Source of the DNA: Nitrospirales bacterium
GTDB taxonomy: Bacteria; Nitrospirota; Nitrospiria; Nitrospirales; UBA8639
NCBI GenBank assembly: GCA_965203295.1
Contig: CBDBCZ010000019.1
Location: forward strand, 768,001 to 832,000
Direction: 5' to 3'
DNA: 64,000 nucleotides
Part shown: one piece after another, positions 40,575-50,836 of the stretch
How positions within the stretch are numbered: the stretch's first letter is position 1
Layout of the letters: every line of letters starts with the position of its first letter
Position numbers and translations under genes: made by a program
Notes under the pieces: generated by a model
What the model saw: the letters and a program-made list of their open reading frames with translations, nothing else
Told to the model about the DNA's origin: nothing
Database searches by the model: none

Positions 40575-42302
40575 TCAGAAGAGAAAGTACCGTTGGGCCA
40601 TGGGCAGGAGCGCCATGGGTTCGCACTGGAGATGTTCCCCATCAGCCTTTACGATATATGTTTCGGGGTCGACTTCAATATGAGGGACGGCATCGTTCAG
40701 CTTGAGATCACGCTTGCCAATATTGCGACAATTCTGCACAGCGACTACACGTTTTTGCAAGCCTAAGTTCGTCTGGATGTCTCGATCTAAGGCCGTCTGA
40801 GAGAGAAATGTGACACTGCTGGTATACGGAGCCCGGCCGTATGCACCAAACATCGGGCGGCTCATAACAGGCTGAGGTGTTGGAATAGAGGCATTGGGGT
40901 CTCCCATGGCGGCTTCCACTAAAAAGCCTCCTTTGAGGATGAGGTCCGGTTTCATCCCAAAGAAAGCCGGGTTCCAGACCACAAGATCTGCCAATTTTCC
41001 GACTTCAACCGATCCCACTTCCTGAGCAATACCATGGGTAATCGCTGGATTGATGGTGTATTTAGCCACATAGCGCTTCGCTCGGAAGTTATCATGTGGT
41101 AGCGCTGCTTTCTGGATACCTGATGGCCCCAAATTTCCTCGCTGCACTTTCATTTTATGCGCAGTCTGCCAGGTTCGGATGATCACTTCCCCAATTCTCC
41201 CCATGGCTTGAGAATCTGAAGACATGATGCTGATCGCACCCATATCATGGAGAATGTCTTCCGCCGCAATCGTTTCACCACGGATTCGTGATTCTGCAAA
41301 GGCGATATCTTCAGGTACGCGAGGATTTAAATGATGGCAGACCATTAACATATCCAGATGTTCATCGATGGTATTCAACGTAAATGGCATGCTAGGGTTC
41401 GTTGAAGAGGGAAGGACGTTGGCTTCTCCACATACCCGAATAATATCGGGGGCATGTCCACCTCCGGCTCCCTCTGTATGAAACGTATGAATGGTTCGTC
41501 CACCAAACGCCCGGATCGAATCGTCAACAAACCCGGCTTCATTTAATGTGTCGGTATGAATCGCAACTTGTACGTTGTACTGGTCAGCGACATCCAAACA
41601 ACATGAAATGGCGGCAGGTGTAGTTCCCCAGTCTTCGTGTAATTTTAGGCCAATCGCACCAGCTTCGACCTGTTCGATCAACGCTTCTGGCAGGGAGGCA
41701 TTTCCTTTTCCAAAAAACCCTAGATTGATGGGAAATCCATCTGCGGCTTCTAACATACGACTGATATTCCAGGAACCTGGAGTGCAGGTGGTCGCGTTCG
41801 TTCCGGTTGCTGGACCGGTTCCGCCCCCGAGCAACGTGGTCATTCCTGAAGACAATGCTTCAGGAATCAGTTGAGGACAAATAAAATGGACGTGGCTTTC
41901 GACGCCCCCAGCCGTCACAATTTTTCCTTCACCTGCAACGACCTCGGTTCCGGGACCGATTTCCATTCCTGGTGTGACGCCTGCCATCATGTCCGGATTA
42001 CCTGATTTCCCAATTGCCACAAGACGTCCATCGCGAATGCCAATATCGGCTTTCACAATTCCCCAATAGTCGAGAATGACTGCATTTGTCACGACCAAGT
42101 CAAGGGCCCCGCGTGCTCGGGTTGCAGCCGGAGATTGACCCATTCCGTCACGAATGACTTTGCCTCCGCCAAATTTGGCTTCTTCTCCTGGCGTGGTCAA
42201 ATCTTGCTCGATTTCAATCACCAATTCCGTATCAGCAAGACGAATGCGGTCGCCTGCCGTAGGGCCGTACAAATCAGCATATTGACGACGAGAAATCTTC
42301 AT
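40575..42302 (-). CDS. ureC: Urease alpha subunit
   Basis: [40 protein letters not shown] and SDSQAMGR. Confidence 0.99.
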   Translation of the reverse strand: MKISRRQYADLYGPTAGDRIRLADTELVIEIEQDLTTPGEEAKFGGGKVIRDGMGQSPAATRARGALDLVVTNAVILDYWGIVKADIGIRDGRLVAIGKSGNPDMMAGVTPGMEIGPGTEVVAGEGKIVTAGGVESHVHFICPQLIPEALSSGMTTLLGGGTGPATGTNATTCTPGSWNISRMLEAADGFPINLGFFGKGNASLPEALIEQVEAGAIGLKLHEDWGTTPAAISCCLDVADQYNVQVAIHTDTLNEAGFVDDSIRAFGGRTIHTFHTEGAGGGHAPDIIRVCGEANVLPSSTNPSMPFTLNTIDEHLDMLMVCHHLNPRVPEDIAFAESRIRGETIAAEDILHDMGAISIMSSDSQAMGRIGEVIIRTWQTAHKMKVQRGNLGPSGIQKAALPHDNFRAKRYVAKYTINPAITHGIAQEVGSVEVGKLADLVVWNPAFFGMKPDLILKGGFLVEAAMGDPNASIPTPQPVMSRPMFGAYGRAPYTSSVTFLSQTALDRDIQTNLGLQKRVVAVQNCRNIGKRDLKLNDAVPHIEVDPETYIVKADGEHLQCEPMALLPMAQRYFLF

Positions 42303-42814
42303 TGGGATGATCTTTTTTCAGAAAAACCCTGTTCAACTGCACGACTCAGCGCTTGCGGCTTGACTCCCGAGGCATCGAGTGAACCGTTCGTCAAACCATT
42401 GATTCCATACGCCACACGATTTCCGCCGATCGCCACAAGTGTGACGCGCTTCTCCTCACCTGGTTCAAAGCGTACAGCCGTACCGGCTGGGATGCAAAGA
42501 CGAAACCCGAATGCTTTTTCCCGATCGAACCGCAACGCTCGATTGGCCTCAAAAAAATGGCAATGTGAGCCGACCTGAACAGGCCGATCCCCGGTATTTG
42601 CCACAATGCATTCAGTGGTCGCACGACCTTCAAATGCCATAATATCAGCTTTTCCCAAAAACAATTGCCCCGGCACGACGTTAGTCGGTTGTAGCTCTCT
42701 TTTGGCCAATTTCTTCTTTGAAAGGCTGGCTTTTGAGGAACGCTTCGCCGAAACCTTCTTAGCACGAGATTTCTTTGGAGCGAGAGTTTTCTTTTTTTTA
42801 GTCTTCTTCTGCAT
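42299..42814 (-). CDS. ureB: Urease beta subunit with Lys-rich N-terminal extension
   Basis: [19 protein letters not shown] and [11 protein letters not shown]. Confidence 0.96.
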   Translation of the reverse strand: MQKKTKKKKTLAPKKSRAKKVSAKRSSKASLSKKKLAKRELQPTNVVPGQLFLGKADIMAFEGRATTECIVANTGDRPVQVGSHCHFFEANRALRFDREKAFGFRLCIPAGTAVRFEPGEEKRVTLVAIGGNRVAYGINGLTNGSLDASGVKPQALSRAVEQGFSEKRSSQ

Positions 42815-42889
42815 AGGATTCCCTGAAATAGCAACCCTTTAAGAAGGGAAACAGAGTCGATCCTGAACGGATAGTCCTGTATGTCATGA

Positions 42890-43192
42890 TTATGGGATTG
42901 GTTGGTGTACCGTCACCAATTTCGTTCCATCAGGGAACGTGCCTTCGACTTGAAGCTCAGCGAGCATCTCTGGCACACCAGGCATCACATCCTGACGAGT
43001 CAGGAGCGTGGCTCCATAGCTCATCAGGTCAGCGACAGACCTTCCATCACGAATTCCCTCAAGGATTTCAGCTGTCAGATATGCAACAGTTTCAGGATAG
43101 TTGAGTCTCAAGCCACGTGCTTTACGATCACGGGTCAACTGAGCTGCCACATAGACAAGTAATTTTTCTTGCTCTCTTGGTGTCAAATGCAT
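42890..43192 (-). CDS. ureA: Urease gamma subunit
   Basis: [16 protein letters not shown] and [14 protein letters not shown]. Confidence 0.98.
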   Translation of the reverse strand: MHLTPREQEKLLVYVAAQLTRDRKARGLRLNYPETVAYLTAEILEGIRDGRSVADLMSYGATLLTRQDVMPGVPEMLAELQVEGTFPDGTKLVTVHQPIP

Positions 43193-43196
43193 GGGA

Positions 43197-43907
43197 TCAC
43201 ACAATCAGATGCTGCTTCACGCACTCCTCTGTCAACTCGGATGTTTGGCCTGTACTCACCACAGATCCCTTCGACATGATGACATAGATATCAGCCAGCG
43301 TTGCAGCAAATTCCATGTACTGCTCAACGAGTAAAATGGCAAACCGACGATTGTTTTTAAAGTTCTCGATCACTCGTTGGATCTCCATCACAATGGAGGG
43401 TTGGATGCCTTCGGTGGGCTCATCAAGGAGTAAGAGCCTGGGATTCCCGAGTAGGGCTCTGCCGATCGCCAATTGCTGCTGCTCCCCACCACTCAATACG
43501 CCACCGGCTCGATCGAGAAGCGTTTTAAGTTTGGGGAATAATTCATAGACTTCTTCGAACGCTGGTCCCGTTATCGAAGGAGTCCACGGTCTACCACTGG
43601 CTTCAAATCCAAGACGGAGATTTTCCCGAACGGTCAAATAGGGAAAGACCTCGCGTCCCTGTGGGACGTATGCGATGCCTCGATTGACTCGCCGTTCAGG
43701 GGGAGCATGGGTCATATTTTTTCCATCTAACAAGACTCGTCCCTGCCGAGGGGTGAGCAAGCCCATGACCGTCTTGAGAACAGTCGTCTTCCCGACGCCA
43801 TTCCGTCCCAGGAGACAGAGTGCCTGGCTTTCTTCTATCTCAAATGAGACATCCTTAAGAATATGGCTCCCACCATAATAGACATTGAGGCGATCAAGTT
43901 GAAGCAT
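43197..43907 (-). CDS. urtE: Urea ABC transporter ATPase
   Basis: [24 protein letters not shown] and [11 protein letters not shown]. Confidence 0.93.
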   Translation of the reverse strand: MLQLDRLNVYYGGSHILKDVSFEIEESQALCLLGRNGVGKTTVLKTVMGLLTPRQGRVLLDGKNMTHAPPERRVNRGIAYVPQGREVFPYLTVRENLRLGFEASGRPWTPSITGPAFEEVYELFPKLKTLLDRAGGVLSGGEQQQLAIGRALLGNPRLLLLDEPTEGIQPSIVMEIQRVIENFKNNRRFAILLVEQYMEFAATLADIYVIMSKGSVVSTGQTSELTEECVKQHLIV

Positions 43908-44693
43908 CTATTCCACCGCACGACCGAGATAGATTTCCATGACTTTTGGATCAGCCTGGACCGATTCCATAGGACCTTCAACAAGCACACTGCCTTCATG
44001 CAAGACGGTCACCTTCTTCGCAATCTGTCGGACAAATTCCATGTCATGTTCAATCACAACCACAGAGTGATCAACCGCAAGAGAGTTGAGGAGTTCCCCT
44101 GTTTTGTCAGTCTCCTGTTCTGTCATACCAGCGACGGGTTCGTCAACCAAGAGAAGCTTGGGGTTTTGAATAAGAACCATCCCGATTTCCAGCCACTGCT
44201 TCTGTCCATGGGAAAGTGCTCCGGCCATTGCATGTTCTTTCTCGGAAAGTCCGATTGTATTCAATACCTCCTGAATTCTTTCGGCTTGGGAGGGCGTGGC
44301 TTTTGAGAAAAGGGTTGAGAAGAGCCCTTTACTCTTTCGCTTAAGCGAGATATCAAGATTTTCCCATACTGTCAGGTTTCCAAAAACAGAGGGTGTTTGG
44401 AACTTTCGACCGATTCCCAACGTCGCGATTTCGTATTCTCGTAATTTTGTGAGGTCAATACTCTGGCCATCGACCTGAAAATGCAATGTTCCAGCTGCAG
44501 GTCTGACTTTTCCAGTGATCACATCCATGAATGTGCTTTTGCCAGCACCGTTTGGGCCGATCACAACCCGAAGCTCAGGATAATCCATTGAGAAGGTTAA
44601 GTCTTGTAGTGCCTTGAATCCGTCATAATCAACGGTGACGTTGTCGGCTTGGAGAATGGGAACGTGGTTGGATGATTCGTTCATATCACTCAT
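43908..44693 (-). CDS. urtD: Urea ABC transporter ATPase
   Basis: GPNGAGKS, GRKFQTP, LSHGQKQWLEIGM and DEPVAGM. Confidence 0.93.
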   Translation of the reverse strand: MSDMNESSNHVPILQADNVTVDYDGFKALQDLTFSMDYPELRVVIGPNGAGKSTFMDVITGKVRPAAGTLHFQVDGQSIDLTKLREYEIATLGIGRKFQTPSVFGNLTVWENLDISLKRKSKGLFSTLFSKATPSQAERIQEVLNTIGLSEKEHAMAGALSHGQKQWLEIGMVLIQNPKLLLVDEPVAGMTEQETDKTGELLNSLAVDHSVVVIEHDMEFVRQIAKKVTVLHEGSVLVEGPMESVQADPKVMEIYLGRAVE

Positions 44694-44810
44694 AAATTAC
44701 TGCGCCTCGTATTTTCTGTTACAGACTATCAAATATCCGAGTCTTTTATCATCGTTCTTCACTGTGATGATTGAACCTTTGAAGGCTCTAGAATCGTGGA
44801 TTGATCCTCT

Positions 44811-45908
44811 TTACCTGGAAGAGAGTTTCTCTTTGACCTGTTTGAAGATGCCAATGAGCCCTTTGGGGAAAAACATGACCACCACAACGAAAAGGCCTCC
44901 CATGAAAAATGGCCAGAGGTCCGGGACAGATCCGGTCAATTCACTCCTGAACCAATTGACACCCACTGCACCGAGAACCGCTCCAGCCAATGTTCCTCTC
45001 CCTCCTACTGCGACCCAAATCGCCATTTCGATCGACGGGAGAACACCAATCTGGGCTGGTGTGATGATACCAACTTGAGGAACATAGAGGGCTCCAGCCA
45101 GCCCAGCAAGGCCTGCTGAAACGACAAAAACAAATAACTTGTAGTTTGGGGGTTTATATCCAGAAAACAGGACCCGTTGTTCACCATCACGAATCGCAAT
45201 CAATACCCTTCCAACTCGGGATTGAATAATTCCGCGACAGACTAAGTACGAGACTCCCACAAAGAAGACTGTCAGCATATACAGGACCAGTTGAGTGCTG
45301 GAATTGCCTAGTCGATATCCGAATATCTGCTTGAAGTCCGTTAACCCATTTGTTCCGCCAAGATTGGTTTCATTTCGATTGAAGACGAGCCAAGCTGAAA
45401 AGACAAGCGCTTGTGTAATGATCGCAAAGTAGACTCCTCGAATTCTGCTTCGAAATGCCAAGTACCCAAAGGCAGTGGCGAATAGCATCGGTGCCAGAAA
45501 CACGGCAACGATGGTGAAGGCAAAACTGTTATACGGTTGCCAAAATAAAGGGAGTTCCTTGACCTGATTCCAGACCATGAAATCCGGTAAGGCTTCCCCA
45601 TAGACACTTTCTGTCCCGATCCCCAGCATGAGATACATACCCATAGAGTAGGCACCTAGGGCGAAAAACACTCCATGCGCGAGGCTCAATACCCCGGTAT
45701 ATCCCCAAATAAGATCTATTCCAATCGCCAATATTGCATAGGCCAGGTATTTCCCGAACAAATTGACCGTAAAGTCGGATATATGGAAGACTGAGTCTGG
45801 TGAGACCTGTGTGTTGAGAATCGGCACGATCACGAGCAAGAAAAGGCCGCAGACCCAAAATCCTGGGTTGAGGAACAAGTTTTTGAAAATCCCTTCAGAT
45901 TGTTTCAT
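44811..45908 (-). CDS. urtC: Urea ABC transporter permease
   Basis: DLIWGYTGVLSL, LPDFM, RSRIRGVYF and WVAVGGRGTL. Confidence 0.93.
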   Translation of the reverse strand: MKQSEGIFKNLFLNPGFWVCGLFLLVIVPILNTQVSPDSVFHISDFTVNLFGKYLAYAILAIGIDLIWGYTGVLSLAHGVFFALGAYSMGMYLMLGIGTESVYGEALPDFMVWNQVKELPLFWQPYNSFAFTIVAVFLAPMLFATAFGYLAFRSRIRGVYFAIITQALVFSAWLVFNRNETNLGGTNGLTDFKQIFGYRLGNSSTQLVLYMLTVFFVGVSYLVCRGIIQSRVGRVLIAIRDGEQRVLFSGYKPPNYKLFVFVVSAGLAGLAGALYVPQVGIITPAQIGVLPSIEMAIWVAVGGRGTLAGAVLGAVGVNWFRSELTGSVPDLWPFFMGGLFVVVVMFFPKGLIGIFKQVKEKLSSR

Positions 45909-45965
45909 GATTCAGTACCGATCCTCTTAGATAGATCTCGCCATCGTAATGGTTCTCACTGAATT

Positions 45966-47519
45966 TTACGAATCGGCATAACGCCCTTTCATGGTAAACA
46001 AGCCGGCTGGTCGGTATTGGAGAAAGAGAATAACGAGTAGCAGAATGAACACTTTCCCATAGACAGCGCCGGCGAATGGTTCAAGGTATTTGTTTAACAT
46101 ACCAAGACCAAATGCAGCCGAAATCGTTCCGGCGAGTTTTCCCACCCCACCAGTGACAACAACTATGAAAGAATCAACGATATATTGCCGACCCATCTCA
46201 GGTTCGACGTTCCCAATCAGTGTGAGCGCGGAACCGGCTAATCCTGCCATGCCTGAGCCAAAGGCAAAGGTCAAGGAATCGAGCTTTCTGGTTGGAATGC
46301 CGAGACAGGAACTCATCTGACGATTTTGCATCACCGCCCGCACTCTCAATCCAGCCGGTGTGCGGAATAACACCCAATAAATCCCAAGAATAGAAACGAT
46401 GGCTAGAATCACCACAAAGATCCGATTGTAGGGAACCTGAATGCCTACTGCAACCTGTGCGCTTCCCCTCAACAAGGTGGGAGCTTGGACTGAGGTCAAG
46501 TCCCCGAACGTGATACGGGCAGCCTGGATCATAATCAGTCCGACACCCCACGTTAATAAGAGCGTCTCCAATGGTCGGCCATAGAGGAACCGAATGAGCG
46601 TGAGTTCTAAGACGTACCCAGCTAGCCCCGCGGCTAAAAATGAGAAGGGAATCGCAAAGGCATAATAAAAATCAAACATGCCTTCCGGAAAATATGCCCT
46701 GAAAATTTCTTGAGTGACAAATGTCGCGTATCCCCCAACCATCATCATCTCCCCATGGGCCATGTTGATCACACCCATAAGTCCGAAAACAATTGCCAAA
46801 CCCATGGCTATCATGAGCAGAACAGAACTGAGGCTGATGCCTCGTAGCGTCGTTTCGACAGCATTCGCAAAGGTTTGCCAGGTGTCAATGTCATCAATAG
46901 CTTTGGTGGCAGCCTGGGCAACAGCTTGCTGCTCTGGATCCTGTTTTGCAGTCTGCACGACCTCTTCCAAGGCTGGTAGAGCATTCGCGCTTCGCAGGTC
47001 CCCAAGCTTCTCGATTGCGGCTATTTGTATCGTCTGATCATGGTCATTGAGTTTAATGAGATTGATGGCTTCTTCCATCTCATAGCGTACCCATTTCTCA
47101 GATTCACGTTGGAGTGCTGCCTCGAGTAGAGATAACCCAGCGTCAGACCCACGAATGCCAATATCTCTCGCAGCCCCACGACGCACTTCTGCATTGGGGC
47201 TGGCTAATTTAACCTCGTTATTGAGGATATCGATAAGTGGCTTAAGAACCCGACGCGTCCGCCGGTCCACTTCAAGCCGGATTTCTTCAAGCTTGGGTAG
47301 TAAGCTTGTGTCTCTATGTTCCATCAAGAAGGTAATCGCAGCCTTCTTCGCAGAGCGGTCGCCAGCTGAGAGATCAGTTAACGCTTGCTCGACGCTAGCT
47401 GGCCCAGGAGCGATTTCCGATTCTTCTGCTGCTTGAACCGAGCCTATTCCCAGCAAGGATAAACCACCACAGAGAGTCACTATGCAGAGTACATGTCGCA
47501 TTAATTGAAAAATGTTCAT
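45966..47519 (-). CDS. urtB: Urea ABC transporter permease with periplasmic HEAT-like N-terminus
   Basis: FGLMGVINMAHGE, LYGRPLETLL and YIVDSFIVVV. Confidence 0.93.
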   Translation of the reverse strand: MNIFQLMRHVLCIVTLCGGLSLLGIGSVQAAEESEIAPGPASVEQALTDLSAGDRSAKKAAITFLMEHRDTSLLPKLEEIRLEVDRRTRRVLKPLIDILNNEVKLASPNAEVRRGAARDIGIRGSDAGLSLLEAALQRESEKWVRYEMEEAINLIKLNDHDQTIQIAAIEKLGDLRSANALPALEEVVQTAKQDPEQQAVAQAATKAIDDIDTWQTFANAVETTLRGISLSSVLLMIAMGLAIVFGLMGVINMAHGEMMMVGGYATFVTQEIFRAYFPEGMFDFYYAFAIPFSFLAAGLAGYVLELTLIRFLYGRPLETLLLTWGVGLIMIQAARITFGDLTSVQAPTLLRGSAQVAVGIQVPYNRIFVVILAIVSILGIYWVLFRTPAGLRVRAVMQNRQMSSCLGIPTRKLDSLTFAFGSGMAGLAGSALTLIGNVEPEMGRQYIVDSFIVVVTGGVGKLAGTISAAFGLGMLNKYLEPFAGAVYGKVFILLLVILFLQYRPAGLFTMKGRYADS

Positions 47520-47573
47520 TCAGATCCTTATACCTTACTATACGTTCCCTTATGGTCGACCCAATCGCAGTCC

Positions 47574-48917
47574 TTAGTCCGGATTGGTATATTGGCTCCA
47601 CGGGAGAGCCCTCAAAAGCCCATCGGATTTGTTGATGATATTGAATTGCCCATCCTTCTGGATCTCTCCGATCAGAACCGGCTTATAGGTATGATGGTTC
47701 CGCTCATCCATCTTCTTCTTTCCCCCAGGGGCATCGAATTCCAACCCATAGACAGCTTTTCGGACTTGATCCACATTGGTTGTCCTCGCCTTTCCACACG
47801 CCGCCGCCCAGACATAGACCCCATAATAGGCGGCTTCAATCGGGTCATCTGTCACGCGAGAGGATCCACCTGGGAGGTTGTTTCTCTCACAGTAGGCCTT
47901 GAAGTTCTTCACGAACGCCTTATTCCGAGGCGAATCGATGCTCTGGAAGTAGTTCCAGGCACAGAGGTGGCCGACGAGTGCCGTGGTGTCCATGCCACGC
48001 AATTCGTCTTCTGCCACACTGAACGCCATAATCGGGCAATCCTCAGCCCGAAGGCCTTGGTTCGCGAACTCCTTATAAAAAGGCACGTTGCTGTCACCGT
48101 TGATGGTATTGATCACAGCCGCATCACCACCACGGGCGAATTTCTTGATCTTGCTGACGATTGGCTGATAGTCCTGATAATGGAACGGCGTATATTCCTC
48201 CGCGATATTTTCCGCAATATTTGCTGTAGGCACGCCTTTAGCGATCAGCATCTTCCGTAAAATCTTATTGGTGGTTCGTGGATACACGTAATCAGTGCCC
48301 AAGAGATAGAACTTCTTATACCCTCCGCCTTTCTCGTTCATCAGATACTCAACAGCTGGTTCTGATTGCTGGTTGACCGCTGCACCAGTATAGAATACGT
48401 TGCGTGAACATTCCTCATCCTCATATTGCACTGGATAGAACAATAGCCCGTTATTCCCTTCGAAGACCGGAAGTACGGCTTTCCGGCTCACTGAGGTCCA
48501 GCACCCGAATACGACGGCGACTTTGTCAACTAAGAGCAACTGTTTAGCTTTTTCAGCAAACAGGTCCCAGTTCGAAGCTGGGTCAACAATCACTGGTTGG
48601 ACCTGGCGCCCCATGATACCCCCATTCTCGTTGATCTCTTCAGCCGCCATTAAGACCACATCGCGAAGAGAGACTTCGCTGATGGCCATGGTCCCATTCA
48701 GAGAATGGAGCACACCAATCTTGATCGGCTCTTTGTCTGCCGCATAGGACAGAGCCCAATTCCCCAGGTTCCCGAGGAGTGACGCAACGCCAACTCTGGC
48801 AGCCGTCTTTTTCGCATCATCCAAAAACTCTCGGCGAGTTTTGTCTGATCCGCTTGTTTGCTGATCCATAGGCTCTTGCTTCACAGCGTCCTTGTCTATG
48901 GCGTTCATGTTATCCAT
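47574..48917 (-). CDS. urtA: Urea ABC transporter substrate-binding protein, copy 1 (C-terminus cut by a +1 frameshift; homology continues to 47528)
   Basis: Tat-like TRREFL. LHSLNGTMAISE, GCWTSVSRK and GTDYVYPRTTN. Confidence 0.88.
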   Translation of the reverse strand: MDNMNAIDKDAVKQEPMDQQTSGSDKTRREFLDDAKKTAARVGVASLLGNLGNWALSYAADKEPIKIGVLHSLNGTMAISEVSLRDVVLMAAEEINENGGIMGRQVQPVIVDPASNWDLFAEKAKQLLLVDKVAVVFGCWTSVSRKAVLPVFEGNNGLLFYPVQYEDEECSRNVFYTGAAVNQQSEPAVEYLMNEKGGGYKKFYLLGTDYVYPRTTNKILRKMLIAKGVPTANIAENIAEEYTPFHYQDYQPIVSKIKKFARGGDAAVINTINGDSNVPFYKEFANQGLRAEDCPIMAFSVAEDELRGMDTTALVGHLCAWNYFQSIDSPRNKAFVKNFKAYCERNNLPGGSSRVTDDPIEAAYYGVYVWAAACGKARTTNVDQVRKAVYGLEFDAPGGKKKMDERNHHTYKPVLIGEIQKDGQFNIINKSDGLLRALPWSQYTNPD

Positions 48918-49079
48918 AAGACTCTTGCCCTCTTCCTCTTCTCAGTGACGATGCATCCCTTAGACATTGATTGCATACAAGTGAAGAGATCAAAATTGAT
49001 TATCTTTATGTGAGAGAGGTCTCATACATCACTCTTGCTTTCGCCCTTCGATCAGTCATTCAATACTGCTCTAACAGGT

Positions 49080-49142
49080 CAGGCTCAGCACGAACGGAGT
49101 AGACAGTGAAACACTTGAAACCCCCCACTCGTGCTGAGCCTG
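49080..49142. repeat. REP-like inverted repeat between the urtA copies
   Basis: CAGGCTCAGCACGA (49080-49093) and TCGTGCTGAGCCTG (49129-49142), perfect 14 bp. Confidence 0.75.
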
Positions 49143-49227
49143 TTGAAGCAAAACCCCACTATGACCAAAGGGGGTCGTTGGCTATGTCGACCTTATCGAC
49201 GACATAGCCCGCTCCCACCTTCTTGCT

Positions 49228-50610
49228 TTACGCTTTTCTATACGTCCCCTTGTGGTCAACCCAATCGCAATCTTTTCCTGGACTCGTGTATTGGCTCCAT
49301 GGGAGAGCTCTTACAAGCCCCCTCGATTTGTACACGACGTTGAACTGACCATCAGCCCGGATCTCTCCGATCATAACCGGCTTATAGGTGTGATGGTTCC
49401 GCTCATCCATCTTTTTGTTTCCGCCTGGGGCCTCAAACTTCATCCCATAAACCACCTTGCGGACCTGGTCAACATTGGTGGTTCCGGCCTTTTCACAGGC
49501 TGCCGCCCAGACCTTGATCCCGTAATAGCCTGCCTCGATCGGATCATCCGTCACGCGAGAGGATCCACCTGGCAGGTTGTTTCTCTCACAGTAGGCCTTG
49601 AAGTCCGCCACCCACTTCTTGTTCCTCGGGGTATCAATGCTCTGGAAGTAGTTCCAGGCTGCCAAATGTCCAACCAGGTCCGTGGTGTCTATACCGCGCA
49701 GCTCATCCTCCGCCACGCTGAATGCAATGATCTGGCAATCTTCTGCTCGAAGCCCTTGGTTCGCAAACTCTTTATAAAACGGCACGTTACTGTCGCCATT
49801 GATGGTACTGATCACCGTTGCGTCACCACCACGGGCGAATCGTTTGATCTTGCCGACGATCGTCTGATAGTCCTGGTGATGGAACGGGGTATATTCCTCT
49901 GCGATATTAGAGAGGGGCACGCCTTTGGCAATCAACATCGCCCGTAGAATCTTATTGGTCGTCCGAGGATACACGTAGTCAGTGCCCAAGAGGTAGAACT
50001 TCTTATATCCACCACCTTCCTCGCTCATCAAATACTCGACACCCGGCTCTGACTGCTGATTGACCGCCGCCCCGGTATAGAACACATTCCGTGAACATTC
50101 TTCACCTTCATACTGCACCGGATAGAACAACAGGCCATTATTTCCCTCAAAGACCGGAAGCACGGATTTGCGACTGACCGAGGTCCAGCAGCCTTCTACG
50201 ACGGCGACTTTGTCAACCAGGAGCAACTGCTTGGCTTTCTCAGCAAACAGGTCCCAATTCGAAGCTGGATCCACGACCACCGGCTGAACCTGGCGTCCCA
50301 ACACGCCACCCGCTGCGTTGAGCTCCTCTATCGCCATTAAGTCCGCATCACGTATTGAGACCTCGCTAGTCGCCATGGTGCCGCTCAAAGAATGGAGGAT
50401 CCCCACTTTGATCGGCTCCTTGTCCGCGGCGTAGGAGAGGGCCCAGTTCCCCAAGTTTCCTAGGAGAGCTGCGACGCCGATCCCGGCTGCTGTCTTCTTG
50501 GTCGTATCTAAAAACTCTCGACGGGTCTTAGTAGTGCCATTCGATGACTCATCAACGGGTTCTACACTCGTGGCTTCTTTGTCTTTATTGATGTTGTTGG
50601 TGCTATCCAT
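49228..50610 (-). CDS. urtA: Urea ABC transporter substrate-binding protein, copy 2
   Basis: Tat-like TRREFL and the same motifs as copy 1. Intact C-terminus ...KDCDWVDHKGTYRKA. Confidence 0.92.
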   Translation of the reverse strand: MDSTNNINKDKEATSVEPVDESSNGTTKTRREFLDTTKKTAAGIGVAALLGNLGNWALSYAADKEPIKVGILHSLSGTMATSEVSIRDADLMAIEELNAAGGVLGRQVQPVVVDPASNWDLFAEKAKQLLLVDKVAVVEGCWTSVSRKSVLPVFEGNNGLLFYPVQYEGEECSRNVFYTGAAVNQQSEPGVEYLMSEEGGGYKKFYLLGTDYVYPRTTNKILRAMLIAKGVPLSNIAEEYTPFHHQDYQTIVGKIKRFARGGDATVISTINGDSNVPFYKEFANQGLRAEDCQIIAFSVAEDELRGIDTTDLVGHLAAWNYFQSIDTPRNKKWVADFKAYCERNNLPGGSSRVTDDPIEAGYYGIKVWAAACEKAGTTNVDQVRKVVYGMKFEAPGGNKKMDERNHHTYKPVMIGEIRADGQFNVVYKSRGLVRALPWSQYTSPGKDCDWVDHKGTYRKA

Positions 50611-50673
50611 GGTACTTCCCCCTCATTAAAAAATTAATAATAGCAAACGTATTATTTCGGATACCTCTGTGTT

Positions 50674-50713
50674 CTCTCTGGTCCCTCTCCTCCAAAGGAG
50701 AGGGACCAGAGAG
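50674..50713. repeat. Perfect 17-bp stem hairpin between the porin gene and urtA
   Basis: CTCTCTGGTCCCTCTCC-tccaaa-GGAGAGGGACCAGAGAG. No adjacent U tract. Confidence 0.8.
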
Positions 50714-50836
50714 GGTGTTATCTCAAAGCGATAGAACGAATTCTCTTTCGTTTGTTAAGTATCCAGCAAACACCGGTTGAAGACCTCAGAAGTTGTACCA
50801 GCATAAGCGTATTCCATCGTTCCGATCGAAAAGAAA

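Noticed and set aside
40483..40626. N-terminal 48 aa of the 312-aa ORF
   Set aside because: Overlaps the ureC 3' end and an AT-rich spacer. A strong RBS supports the start at 40482.
45966..47519. HEAT-repeat extension on UrtB as a novelty
   Set aside because: Long periplasmic N-terminal extensions are common in UrtB proteins.
47505..49947. Long plus-strand ORFs (251 aa, 231 aa) similar to each other
   Set aside because: Antisense shadows of the two urtA paralogues. The same applies to 964-1677, 26243-27043 and 58891-59679.
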